Origin: Basidiobolus meristosporus CBS 931.73
Taxonomy: Eukaryota; Fungi; Basidiobolomycota
DNA: 61,688 bases
Direction: 5' to 3'
Assembly: GCA_002104905.1 (NCBI GenBank)
Contig: MCFE01000530.1
Location: 1-61,688, forward strand
The position numbers and the translations under genes were made by a program. Numbering within the stretch: position 1 is the stretch's first letter; every line of letters starts with the position of its first letter. The notes below the pieces were generated by a model. That model was given only the letters and a program-made list of their open reading frames with translations, was not told the origin of the DNA and searched no databases. This document shows positions 23,047-34,665 of the stretch, one piece after another.

Positions 23047-24207
23047 TATACTGAGTACAGATATGATTAGTCTACCTTCAGTGGTAGCAGCATTCTCTAA
23101 CTCAGGCACTGCCTCAGATTCTCTTTGTTTTCAAAGCACCAGTCTAATATTTGTCCTTTCCTTTTGGAGTATATGTGAGAAAGGCTACTGTTGCCTTAGA
23201 AGAGTATCAAGTGCCTCCATTGGTGGCTCTCATTGCCTATGAAAGCATTTTCTTCTCATGCTTATTGGCACTTAATTTTCTTGATTTCTTATTGAGGAGC
23301 CTTCAATATATGTAACTTAGGGTAAGATCTTCTATTCTGGACTCTAGCACTGATACATAGCTGTGAATCCTGTCTGTCATGCTATTCAGGTGGGTTACTA
23401 TCACATCTTCATCAGTAGCTTGTACACCCAGAGATTCTATCTCATTAACTAACAGGTGTTTGAGTTAATTTGATTTTTGAATTTCTTCAGATGATGGCAT
23501 ACTTATACAAGAGAATTTTTGTCCTAGATACATTTTCTTAGCAGCTGAACATGACTGGTAGGTGTCTTCTAATGGCTTCCAGGCAGTCTTTGCCTATCTT
23601 GATCTTGAGCATTGAATTAGCAATTTGTCAGTAACATTAGGGCACATGTGGCTAAATGTACTTTGTTCTTTCTTTTGGTACTTGAAGGCTTCTTCCCATA
23701 CACCTATGGAGGACATTATTCTCCCATAGCAATATCCCAAAGGCCTCTTTCCTGTTGCAGCATCTTCATCATGACCTTCCATACTTGGTAGTTAGATCCA
23801 TCCAACTTTTCAGCAGAGGGAAAAATTTGAGTAGTGGCAGTAGTAAGCATCCCAGAGAGGGGCTGCTCAAGGCTTATACCCTGTTGTAAGAGTTTTGGAG
23901 ATATTTGAAGTCATTGGATAAAATGTGGATTATGTTGTTCCCACTTAATGACTTATTGAATACTAAAGTAGAGCTTGTACTTCTCATGATCTTAGCAGGA
24001 CAGACATATAGAATATGTCTAGGAAGGACCCAAGAGCATGTGCACCAAGTTTGGGGCTGTTTAGACAACTCTGAGAAATTTTGTGTTCTGGGTACATGAT
24101 ACTTTATTGAAAGTATTCTAAAGTATTTGGACAGGAGATAGTCGAGTTCATAGGGTATGGTTTAGGTGACCAAGCTGATGGAATATTTAGGGGTAAACAC
24201 TCACCAC
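23047..24207 (-). mobile_element. Copia gag fragment with PBS remnant and degenerate 5' LTR (~23882-24207)
   Basis: Duplicates the 19090-19599 gag fragment and continues to the gag N-terminus. GGCTTATACC|CTGTTGTAAG is the PBS/LTR junction. LTR end approximate. Confidence 0.75.
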
Positions 24208-24723
24208 ACTTTCATCCTTGTGAAATTGAGGCTGATTAACTTGTTCACCAATTGTTTGGGATTGTGGAAATACTGATTTCAGAGTCATCCAAAAGACCAC
24301 AAACTCCGTTTGAGGCATATAAAGACCGGAAGACAGCCTCATATCACATAAGCCACGGCGGTAGTCAGCCAATTTCTGCGCATGGCAATCTATTGCATCA
24401 TCTGGCCATTGATCATCATTTAGGAATTTACGTCAAGTCAACCTACGTAAAGGGGTTCCCGATTTCTTGATAGGATGGAAGGTATTCACTAACTGAGATC
24501 TGAACAGCCAATCCATCAAACTTCCGTCACTTCCTCCCCCCCCACACCGCAAACCTAGATATACTCCCGATGTCTTGACCTGGCCAGAGAAAGGCCTGAT
24601 CGAGGGTAGCTCTCTGAGGCTCATCTACCATAGTCATTAATCTTGCTTGGTGAGCCAAACCATCTGCATCATCCCTGTACCTATATAACGACCGCATTCC
24701 GCCTTTGCTGGGTACAACAAACC

Positions 24724-25242
24724 ATGCTCAGACAACAAGCACTCCCAATCGCCCTTCTCATGGCCGCATTGACCATGGGTGCCCAATTACATTCCACCAC
24801 TGACCCAGCTTCCCTCGGAAATGTGGCCAGCGGATCGGCAGCCAGCGAATCTCTTGGCCCGGCACAGAATCCCGGGGACGGATATACCGTCCGGGAGTTC
24901 AAGTCAAACAAGAAGGAAGACGCATCAAGGATCATGAGTCTTATTCTCCAGCAGATGACGAACAGCATTCACAAGAAGGAGTACCCCCCACTCTCAAACA
25001 TGCTTGACATGGATGATGCGAACACCGGTGCTGCCTCTGATCCGAAAGCTCCGCCTGTCGAGACCGGAGATGTAGGGGAGGGAGAAGACACCGCTGAGAT
25101 GAACCCTGAAGAAGCAGAACTGTGGGGACGATATGGTCGCTGGAGACGTGGATACTGGGGTCGAGGGCGCTTTGGGAGATACGGCGGGTATAATCGCTGG
25201 GGAGGTGGAAGGTATGGTGGGTGTTACGACTGGGACTGTTGA
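24724..25242 (+). CDS. Secreted precursor, 172 aa: signal peptide, acidic pro-region, Arg/Gly/Trp/Tyr-rich C-terminal peptide ending CYDWDC (copy 1, intact)
   Basis: ATG 24724 (MLRQQALPIALLMAALTMGA) preceded by TATATAA. Same length as, and conserved with, the intact paralog at 45862-46380. Confidence 0.85.
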   Translation: MLRQQALPIALLMAALTMGAQLHSTTDPASLGNVASGSAASESLGPAQNPGDGYTVREFKSNKKEDASRIMSLILQQMTNSIHKKEYPPLSNMLDMDDANTGAASDPKAPPVETGDVGEGEDTAEMNPEEAELWGRYGRWRRGYWGRGRFGRYGGYNRWGGGRYGGCYDWDC

Positions 25243-26524
25243 TTAGAGGAGAGAATTCCACCAATAAAATGGAAGGTAGTTGAACAATCAACCTTTGCTG
25301 TAGAGATGGGACCAACAACGTGGGAAACAAATGGACCCATCTTGTGTGTATCGTTCAATCTATGCATGTGACCGATTTCCCTCAAGAAAGACTCCTGTCT
25401 GTCAAAGCTCCATTTGGGTAAAGATGGGCGCCATTACAAAGGTGACGTTTACCAGGAAAGGTTCCCAACGGACGCCCTTGAAGATCATGGCCATGGTTGG
25501 AGGGGGGTGGGAAGCATCCGAGAGCGCATTTGAGTGCGACGGATAGGGCTGAGTCACCTGCGAGTGAAGGGGCCTTTCAGCTGATGGATTGTGTTGATTT
25601 GGAACTGAACGCAATGGATGGGTTTGCAGCTTGGTCCGAGATTGGGTTGGGATATTCCGAAGAATCAACTCGCCTAAAATGGACTGGTCGCTTGAAATTC
25701 ATTGGTGTGCCAGTGGTGGTTGAATTTAGTTAGATCCATCTGTGAGCGACAGATATGCTGCTGAGCGGGTGGATATCTGAATCCTCAGCAGATTCCGGAG
25801 TTGGAGGTTGTCTGTCACGAGAGCAGCCAGGCTTCCAACCACGGTTGATCAAATTCCATTCATGTACAAATGAAAGTGGGAAATTCACATGATTCTTCAA
25901 TTCGCATCCCAACCGAACCGAGCCTGGTGACCTGTGTTCCGGAATCATCTACGGCGGCTGCGAGCGCCGAATCACGTCGGATTAGAGTGAAACCCTGGAA
26001 TCAAGAACCCCCCGGAAAAAGGGAAGAGTGGGGCCAGTTTTGGCAGGAGGGATATGAGATCCATGGATCTACTCGGTGAACAGGAAACCTGATCTGTGTA
26101 AACTGGGCACAATTCACCGAATCAACACCAATTTGAGCCGTCGAAGGTTACCCAAGCAAATCCGTTCAAGCGAACAGTGCATCGGCCACAAGCGAGTCGA
26201 CCCTCTCACGTCGTTCCACAACTCCGTTCGCAGAGATTGGTGGGGATTGATGAGTCCACCCACCCCAATTCAAAGATTAAATACCCTTCCTTCGCCAGCG
26301 GGCCCATCCGTTTCACCGTATTCTTCTTCCCTCGCTTCCCCCTCCCCATTCTTGGCACCTTCGTCTTCAGTACTGAGGCGAAACCCTGTATTTGTAGCCC
26401 CTACCCGGACGAACTCCCCATCTTTCCAAGGCTCTGGAAGCTTTGTCAGCCCCTTTTCTTTCCTCCACCACTGTCGTCTGGTCCGATTCCTTTTGCGGGC
26501 ACCTTCCACTTGATCAATCAAATT

Positions 26525-28061
26525 ATGTTACAGCGACCTAGGTTCAACTCATATAGCCATCACTCACAACCGTTCCCCACCACAGAGGAGCATGGTTTGG
26601 AGCGCCACGAATCCGCCAAGCGAGATCCAAAGACGGCCGACCTGAAAGTGCGCACGTCTATCCCCAGCTCGGTTGGTATCATTGGGAAGGTCCCGTTGGA
26701 GGAGACCATCTCTCTCAACCGAAAGACCTCAAAGATTCGCAGGTTCTCCGCCATACTGAACAAGAAGTTGAATCGTAACCGGCTGAGCCGGGGCGAACAG
26801 ATCTCACCACCGGTTCTCGTCACATCCAGCTCCTCCATCCGCACCACCCCTATCCAAAAACCAGCCAAAGAGCTGGTGAATCCAGAAAGAGCCTCCAACC
26901 CCGCCTCGGGGTATAATCGGTTTATCGCCCCGTCACATGGCACCGATCAACTTTCAAGGCAATCCTCTAAAAGCAGCACCCGCACCCAGCAAAGTCAGTC
27001 CAGTGAGAAATCCCTTAACCGTCTAGATTCTCAGGGATTGGGGAGACACCGTGGGTTCCTCTCTGGCGGCTCCCTATCGTCATTCACTTCGAGCGGATCG
27101 AGCGACAAACACTCAAGCTTCGGGATTTATAGCCGCGAGAAGCACCAGTCACTCACCTACAGTAGCACTACTGGGAGTGAGCTGGAGGAACGACCCCAAG
27201 CGAATTCACCCAACCAGCATCCAGACCCTACCAATGATACGGTTCAATTAGGATTTAGTCGAGACCTCCCATCGTACATGGAACATGCTGAAAACGAACA
27301 CATCACTTCCATGTACAACCTCCAAGACACCCAGCCCCCTTTGTCTCCCGCTATGACCAGATGGGAGGAAGCAGCACTGGCACAGCGGGAACCACCCAGC
27401 GCATACCAGTACACCATGCTGCGGAATACCTCCGGGCACCGTCCCTCCGACTCCTGCTGCTTCCCCAAATCCCCCGAATGGGCCGACATCAAAACGAACG
27501 AACGAGCCATGTCAGATTACGGGGGATATTCCTACAGCAACATGCATCTATACGATGGGCACGTCCACCAACATGCGCACACTAACTCGATCAAAAGCAG
27601 ACGGCGGGAGGCGGTGGTGTATGCCAAAGAGTCCGAAACCCACCAGCCAATGTTGTTCGAGAAGGAGGCGTCCGGGAAGTTCGTGCCTGTCCACCCCGAA
27701 GAAGGTATGTTTCATGTTGGGAATCCGTAGTCGATTCACGATAGCTAAACTGATATACACTTTAGCCTCGATTCTGGAATATTTATCCACCCTCCAACCC
27801 TCTAACCCCCGTGCTTCAGCGCGGTCCGGCGATCGTCTGGAGAACGACAGCTTCTCTACCATCCCCGAAGAAGATGAGGATGAGCTTTACCACGAATCCA
27901 TCATCGACCTCTACGACTACGAGAGTGACGAGGAAACCGAGGAGTCCACCCAACTCCAAGCGACCCCTCACCTAACCCAAGAACTAGGGACCGACCCAAG
28001 CTACACCTCACTAACCGAGTTAATCGAAAAGTTGAATAGAATCTCGACGTCCATATGCTGA
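26525..28061 (+). CDS. Hypothetical Ser-rich, low-complexity protein (2 exons)
   Basis: Likely start ATG 26525. GT-AG intron 27705-27765 with GCTAAAC branch-like site joins the 26177-27730 ORF in phase to the acidic 27555-28061 frame. No family recognised. Confidence 0.6.
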
Positions 28062-28223
28062 TTTGGTCTGGTTCGTGGAGATTAAGTTACCTGGAAATGG
28101 ATTTGCTCGACCCTCGATCGCTTCTAGCCCCTTCACCTTTTCCCTAGGAGTCTGATCACCCGGGGATCGTTTTGACTAATGGATCCCGGGATGTAAAATT
28201 GTTTTTCACCCTCACCTTCACCC

Positions 28224-28263
28224 GACCCTGACCCTGACCCTGACCCTGACCCTGACCCTGACT
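28224..28263 (+). repeat. (GACCCT)n hexamer microsatellite
   Basis: About 6 perfect units; the reverse complement is TCAGGG-like. Confidence 0.9.
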
Positions 28264-29125
28264 CTAACTTCACCTACACCAACATTAAACGATTTACATG
28301 ATAATCTGAAAGCCCATCACCAAGAATTAGTCAGCTGGATGAAGTCATCCACCCATACTATGACCGGTTTGAAACAGCTGATCCCATGCCCGAACTCGTG
28401 GTGCTCACAACCATCGGGAAATGAGAAAGGATGGCGACAGAGAGATAGAGTTCCCCTATTTGGCACCGGTTGAAATGGTTTTTCCGGGGGATTCACTGCG
28501 GATGGGGGAATGGGTGGGTGGCCGGCGGACGGTCAGGGTTGGAAAGGGCGAGTGCCAAGTGTCAGGAAGCCGATGTTTGACTCTTGGTTTGGATGGCGAT
28601 TGGGATTCAACGCGGCATACAGATGACCATTGCGCATGGTATGGCGAGAGTGGTTAGGGGGGGGGATGGAATCGATCGCAATATGGATTTTCCGCAATTA
28701 ACCATTTTAACTGGATCCGAGGGGATAAAACTTTGACAAACCTACCTTGTTTGTGCAAATGAGGGAAACGGTCGCTTCCACGGGCGAGCCAAATCCGGAC
28801 AATCTGCCGGATGGATCTGGCATGCTGGGATCTGGTAAGGGGGAATTGTTTAGTCAGTACCGAATGGGGATTTCTGGGCCATGAGCACGGCTCATCACTT
28901 ACGCGTGGAATGCGCTCAATCATGGGCGAGGTGCTAAATCAGTTTGGAAGATCGAGTTGGATACCGACGATGACGAAGTCGTCAGTAAAAGGCAAGTCGG
29001 ATCCAGCAAGATCACCCTTCCTGCAGATTCCACCCTCGGGCTGGGATATAAAAGCGGGCAGATCCCGGTCGCCGAGCATCAATCTCACTTCCCAACCCAA
29101 CGCGCCCAAGGGTTACTCGTCAAAC

Positions 29126-30104
29126 ATGGTCTTGAAAGTCAGTGTCGGCCCCACTTACGATAATCTTCAGGTCATCAAGGTAAACGATGACTTCCACCCC
29201 ATCCTGATCGACTCCCCGGAGTTTGTGGGTCGGGTGGCCATCCGCATCAAGGATTTCAATGGGATCACACCCGACGGCTCCGCTCCCATCAAAAACAGCG
29301 ATTACTTCCACCACCACAACCGCCGCTTCTCCATGCATGTCGAGGGTAGATTCAAGAAGGAAGTCAGCGCCGAGGACATCTGGTTCGGGACCGATTTCGA
29401 CCGAAAGGTAATCTTGGGATCGACCTCACCTCACCGTCTTGACTGCGGTCCAGCATTTACTCACCCTTCTATCAATGTTAGATCCCCATTCCAGACGTCT
29501 TCTGGCTCGGACTAAGAGCGGCTCAGTACATCGATCCAGCTATGGAAACTCACGATGACACCGACAAGCCCTGGATTCTAAGCCCATACATCTGTGCGAT
29601 CAACGCATTTGCAAGCTGGCCCGCACCCTCGGAAGACCCCAACCCAGTTGATGTAAGTTGTCTCGACACGCTGATCACCTCCAGACCATGAAGCTTATCT
29701 TTCACGATTCGTTGTAGGACCCGAACTTTGAGAAGACTCTAGGCCCATGGAAATGGGGTGGGGAGAACAGGTTGGAGGAGCACAACGCCTACATCACCGG
29801 ACAGGAGATGTCGGTCACCAAACGTCGCAAGCACTTCTTCGACATCGACGTTCGACGTGAGTTCAAGTTCGACACCAAGCAGGTGTTCGCGTTCGATTTC
29901 TTCGCCCCCCACATGGATTTCAACACGTTCGACGTCAAGCTCGGAATCTCCATCAACGTGGAGAAGTACATCGACAACCATCCCATCCGTTACACCTGTC
30001 GCTCCAAGGACGGGGAAACGATCTACTTCGTGCTGCAGTTCGATCAAGTCCACGACGCAGAACACCCCGAACACAAGAAACACCACTACTCGTTCTTTGG
30101 TTAA
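29126..30104 (+). CDS. DUF1769 family protein (multi-exon)
   Basis: RFSMHVEGRFK, WFGTDFDR, IDP..DKPWILSP, FDFFAPHMDFNTF, RYTCRSK..YFVLQF. Introns at ~29408-29481 and ~29653-29718. Confidence 0.8.
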
Positions 30105-30308
30105 CTCCGACACCGTCGTCGCGACATGGTTCTCTGTACACATCCACTGACCCTGATTTACTATACTTCGCTAATAGATAGATGGATTATATTTCCTGTT
30201 ATAAAGTAACCACCCCTTCCCTTCCCCTCACTGTTATAGATAGTATAAATATTAATTCCGTTTAATGAAAATAAACCGGCAAATGTTTTCGCTACGCTGC
30301 TGCCTACT

Positions 30309-31019
30309 TCAACTTAGCTCCACCTCAGCGATCACCTGCCATTCATGTGGCTTCCCTTCGGTGTTCACGACCAGGATACTACCCACCTCGAAGCGAAGGT
30401 GCTCGTCCTTCAACTCGACGAAATCCCCGCGGCCGATTCTCTCCCGGATCTCCTGACGCACCTGGGGAGAGAAGTCCCCATAGACCAGACTCAGGTGAGG
30501 GAAGAACACGGGGTCATCTTCCCTGTCAAAAACCCCCCTGGCCAGCTGATTGACCTCCCGCAAGGTCTGGGTGTCGGGGGTGGTCGCCACCTTCCACAAC
30601 ACACACTGGAAGTAGGCATCCCCCACAGCTATCTCGTCGAGCACCAAGGGGATTTTCGTTGGCCCGAGTTTGGCGGCCAACGCTTGGGTTTTCTGGATCA
30701 CCTCCTCGGCCGAGGCTTCGATGGCGCCCAGAAGCGTGACGTGGGGCTGAAAGCTGGGAGAGTGAAATGCGTGGGAGGCTTTGGCGATGAGGGTCTCCAG
30801 TAGACCGTTTACCTGGGGCTGGCCTTTTGGGCTCAGCCACAGGGAGTAGCCTTTGAAGGAGCTGGACTTGTAGAGTTCTTTGGCCATATTCTGGTCACTG
30901 ACGAGGACACGTTGCTGAGAGCTGAAGTGGCCGTAGGAGTGGGACAAGCCAAGAACGGTTAACGTCATCAGGGACAGGGACAGGGCCAGCCAATCAACCG
31001 CGCTCAGCAGTCCGGCCAA
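30309..31019 (-). CDS. 2',3'-cyclic-nucleotide phosphodiesterase (2H phosphoesterase, CPDase-like)
   Basis: GYSLWLSP plus two HxT/S motifs (FQPHVTL, FPHLSLVYGD). The true start may be ATG 30887. Confidence 0.85.
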   Translation of the reverse strand: MAGLLSAVDWLALSLSLMTLTVLGLSHSYGHFSSQQRVLVSDQNMAKELYKSSSFKGYSLWLSPKGQPQVNGLLETLIAKASHAFHSPSFQPHVTLLGAIEASAEEVIQKTQALAAKLGPTKIPLVLDEIAVGDAYFQCVLWKVATTPDTQTLREVNQLARGVFDREDDPVFFPHLSLVYGDFSPQVRQEIRERIGRGDFVELKDEHLRFEVGSILVVNTEGKPHEWQVIAEVELS

Positions 31020-31543
31020 TTCTAAATTGGTTATGGTTTGATGCGCGCAATTTGGCAGCCAGCATGATTACCAAAACACCAGTGTCGTGAACAGGATTTG
31101 TTTACGTGGACGATCCTGTCGGTGCTTGGCACCTCTGGTGAAGATACACAAACGTGGATTTGCTCAATTCAGCTTATCTCTGGATCTTTCCTCCGGATCC
31201 GTGAGCCGTTCTAGTGGTTTACGCGCAGGGTCATAAAAGTACACCACCCTAACCCGTTTTGGTCGGGTTGCTTTAGTCAGAGATATGGTTATGCTTATCA
31301 ATAAGACTCGGGCCAAAATGGGATGCGACGTTGGGTATGTTCTATATGGTAACGAAATCCCTCAACTCAGATCTGGCTAGATATCAGCTACCTTCGCTCA
31401 AACGGATTAGCCGGGAAAAGGGGTGTTTAATCTTCGGGATCAGGATTGGTCAGGGGTTGTGGCAGGCGGCAGGAGCTAGATGCTCGCGAAAATCCTCTGC
31501 CATCTCGGTGCAGGAAAGCTGCATCCTCGTCCACGGTGATGGA

Positions 31544-32453
31544 TCATTCGGACGACAGCACCTCGCTAGCTTCCGGGACTTTCCACTTCCTGAAGGGGCT
31601 TTTCAACACGTATTTTCCACGTGTGGACTTTTCCATGATAATGAACTCGCAGTGCTGAAGGTTGTCCTGGCATTCGAACTCCTCCACCGACGTGCGAAAC
31701 CACCGCATCACAAACAGTCGGGCCAGCAGCCCATGGGTGATGAGCACCAGTACATCGGGAAAGTCTGGCCGATCAAATGCCCGATGAAGGCTCTCAATGA
31801 ACGTACTTAGCCTGTCGTATACATCCGCGCCGGATTCCCCATTCGGGATACGATAGTAACTACAGTGAACCAGAGAGATAAGCGATCATGGGCTATTGAA
31901 AGACCAACGAAAATCCATTTACAAATGACCGTATTTCTCTCGTTCTTCACAAATCAACTTCATGACCTCAGAGGGCGCTTGGAAATTCCCCCAATCTGCG
32001 AGGGGCTCGAGAAGTCAGTAGGGCACAGCTTTGCGGAACAGCTGGTGGGTGGCACTTACCTTGCTCACGTAGCCTGGGCTCCTCAAATACCTTATATTCG
32101 TTCGTGGTTAAGGCGCTCGACAGCTCCTTGAAAGTCTGTCGGGTTCTTAAGTATGGGGAAACGTAAAATTGCAACCTATCGCTTGGGCCGAGCTCCTTTT
32201 GAAGTCGGTGGCCAGCCTCTCGTGCTTGGTCCAGCCCTTTCTTCGTTAGCTTTATCTTGTGGTCGGGTACCACCCGGTGGATGGACTTGTCCAGATTCGC
32301 GACCGACTCCCCATGTCGAAGAAGAATGATCTTGCGTGGTCGCTGGCCTGGAGCTCGGGTGGTTGAAAAGGGGGAGCTTCCTCCAAGTCGTGGACAGCCA
32401 ACTGAGCTAGAGGCAAACATGAGTGGGGGTTTAAGAAACGAACAGTTGGCCAC
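31544..32453 (-). CDS. Histidine phosphatase / phosphoglycerate-mutase family, DET1-like (3 exons)
   Basis: Spliced reading: ILLRHGES...VSPYLRTRQT...EPRLREQD WGNFQ...YGHFYYRIPNGESGADVYDR...LITHGL. Two ~60-bp introns at ~31996-32060 and ~31860-31920. Confidence 0.85.
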
Positions 32454-32712
32454 CTACTCACCAACGCGAAGAGATCCGGCGTGTCACGAAAGTGGTAAAA
32501 AGTGCAGGCATCATGCTTTTTGAAAGGTGCGAGGACTGCTTGATGGTCACAAATATTTCATGGACAAGCGGTTTTGGAGTGTGACTAATCTCCAAGCATC
32601 CACACCAACGCCTCGCTGATTGGTCAGGCTACCGGAGGTCAGATGGGTTGGGGTTTTAAGTGACAGTTTATTCAGCATTGACAGTATTGGGGGATTAGTG
32701 GAGAAGTGCATT

Positions 32713-34414
32713 TCACATGACAAACAGTGCATTGATATCGAGGGGTCGGCCAGACGACAACGATGGTTGTTGTTTGTACCCCTTCTCCATCATGACCTGA
32801 CGGAGGGATTGTAGCAGCTGCAGGTAAGACAGCTGTTTTGTACGGGACAGTACCGTAATAAAAGCGTAAGACATTGCTCCTGTATTGCCGAAGCCTGCTT
32901 GGGACGTGTCTGCCGAGTACTGGTAATCCTTACATCTAGAAGAGAAGGGAACGAACGAATGGTCAGATCGGGTGGACTGTGCCAGTCATTCCACCTGGAC
33001 AACTTACCCGCTGAACATGATAACATCAGCCACCGAAGATTTAGATTGTTGATTCTGCTTGGCTTTGTTCTTTCCTCCAAATACGTTCCCAATCATGGAA
33101 ACAGCTGATAGTGGATCCAGCATCGCGCGTTGAAGCGATTGCCCAGCCAACGCCATGGGATTCATCTCCTTGAGTTTGCCCTGACTGCTGTATACATATG
33201 GCAGATCCATGGCAGTACCCGAATGGCAAGAGTCAAACACAGCGGTTAGCCGGACTCCGGGAGGCAGTCTTCGCACCAGGATTGCATTGATTTCCTAAAT
33301 ATACCGAAGCGTAAGAAACCCGAGCTGCCCATCCCAGCAACCTCTAGCTTACATCATCAACGATCTGCCCAGCTCGCTTGTAGTCCACCGGTAGGATGGT
33401 CTCGTCTGTTCCATCCAGCTCATCCCCATCGAGATCTTGGGTCTAATAGAACCGGATTGTTCAATATCTTCGCCCGTAAGCCAATCTTTTCATACGATAC
33501 GAACCTGTCCGCCGTGTCCGGAGAAGTGCAAGAAGTACGAGTCATTCGGTTGGGCACCGTTAACCAACCAATACATCCCGCTGGTAATATTCGCACGAGT
33601 GGGTTGGAATCGAGGGTCCTTCTGGTCGTCAGTCAGAACAACCATGTCTTCGGTCCGGAAGCCGTATTGCTGCATCAGGAATTTCTTGATGTTGTTCACG
33701 TCGTTAATACAGCCTGAAATCAAGGTTTAGCATTCAGCAAGTTTGTGGGAGATTGTGGTTTACGTGGTTACCCCTGAGCTCAGCACTAGTGCCAAAGTAG
33801 TTGATGCCGATTAAAAGTGCTTTTCTACGACCAGAGCATTGGGAGACCATGGGGTTGAAGGTGTTGGGTGGGCGTGGCCCATTCATGTAGCCACCTGGCG
33901 CTGCGGCAGGAGGAACAGGAGCGGAGTATTGACCAGTGTTTCCCGGCGCCCCGTACGGTGCACTCGGTAGACCTGGTGGGCCATAGGGGTTGGAGGGTGG
34001 TGGAGGTGGGGCGATGTAAGGCATATTCGTATTAGGTGGCTGAGCGTTCATCTGAGGATTACCTGATGCAGAAGGTGAATACGGTGGGGGTGGTTCCTCG
34101 AAAGAAGGCATGGATGGGTTGTTGGGGGCTGGAGGGTATCCGCCGTATGGCGCACTTGGTTGTGGATATCCTTGGGGTGCTGGAGGAGCTGGAGGTTGTG
34201 AATTGTATGGTTGCTGTCCAGGATATCCCCCATAGAAAGGCTGCTGTTGAGGTGGACCCGGAGGTAAGGCATAGCCGCCGTATGATGCATGTGGTTGTGG
34301 CGGTGGTGCTTGATAGTAAGAACCCGATCCTTGAGGATAGGGATTTTGTTGTTGAGGGGGCGGATTAGGCCTTGGGTTTTGCATATGATATTTGGCGCCT
34401 GGATACATGCTCAA
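32713..34414 (-). CDS. MCA1: Type I metacaspase with Pro/Gln/Tyr-rich prodomain (multi-exon)
   Basis: [26 protein letters not shown] (catalytic His), [13 protein letters not shown] (catalytic Cys), C-terminal [19 protein letters not shown]. Confidence 0.95.
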
Positions 34415-34665
34415 TCAATGGTGCTTCGTTCGATGAAGTCAACTATTACGAAGTAGTATCTACAAGGGAAGGGTACTTGTGACCTGGAAAGCGAGTTAAA
34501 AAGGAATAAGAATGAAATGATTTTATGATTATCGAAGGCCAATTTATTCATATGGGGCGTTAAAATGAAACGATAGCCGCAGCAGGCGGGATAGCAACGA
34601 TTTTAAAGTGGTTGATTTACATACAGTATAAATTAATGAACAATGTGTTTACATAATGAGGACGG

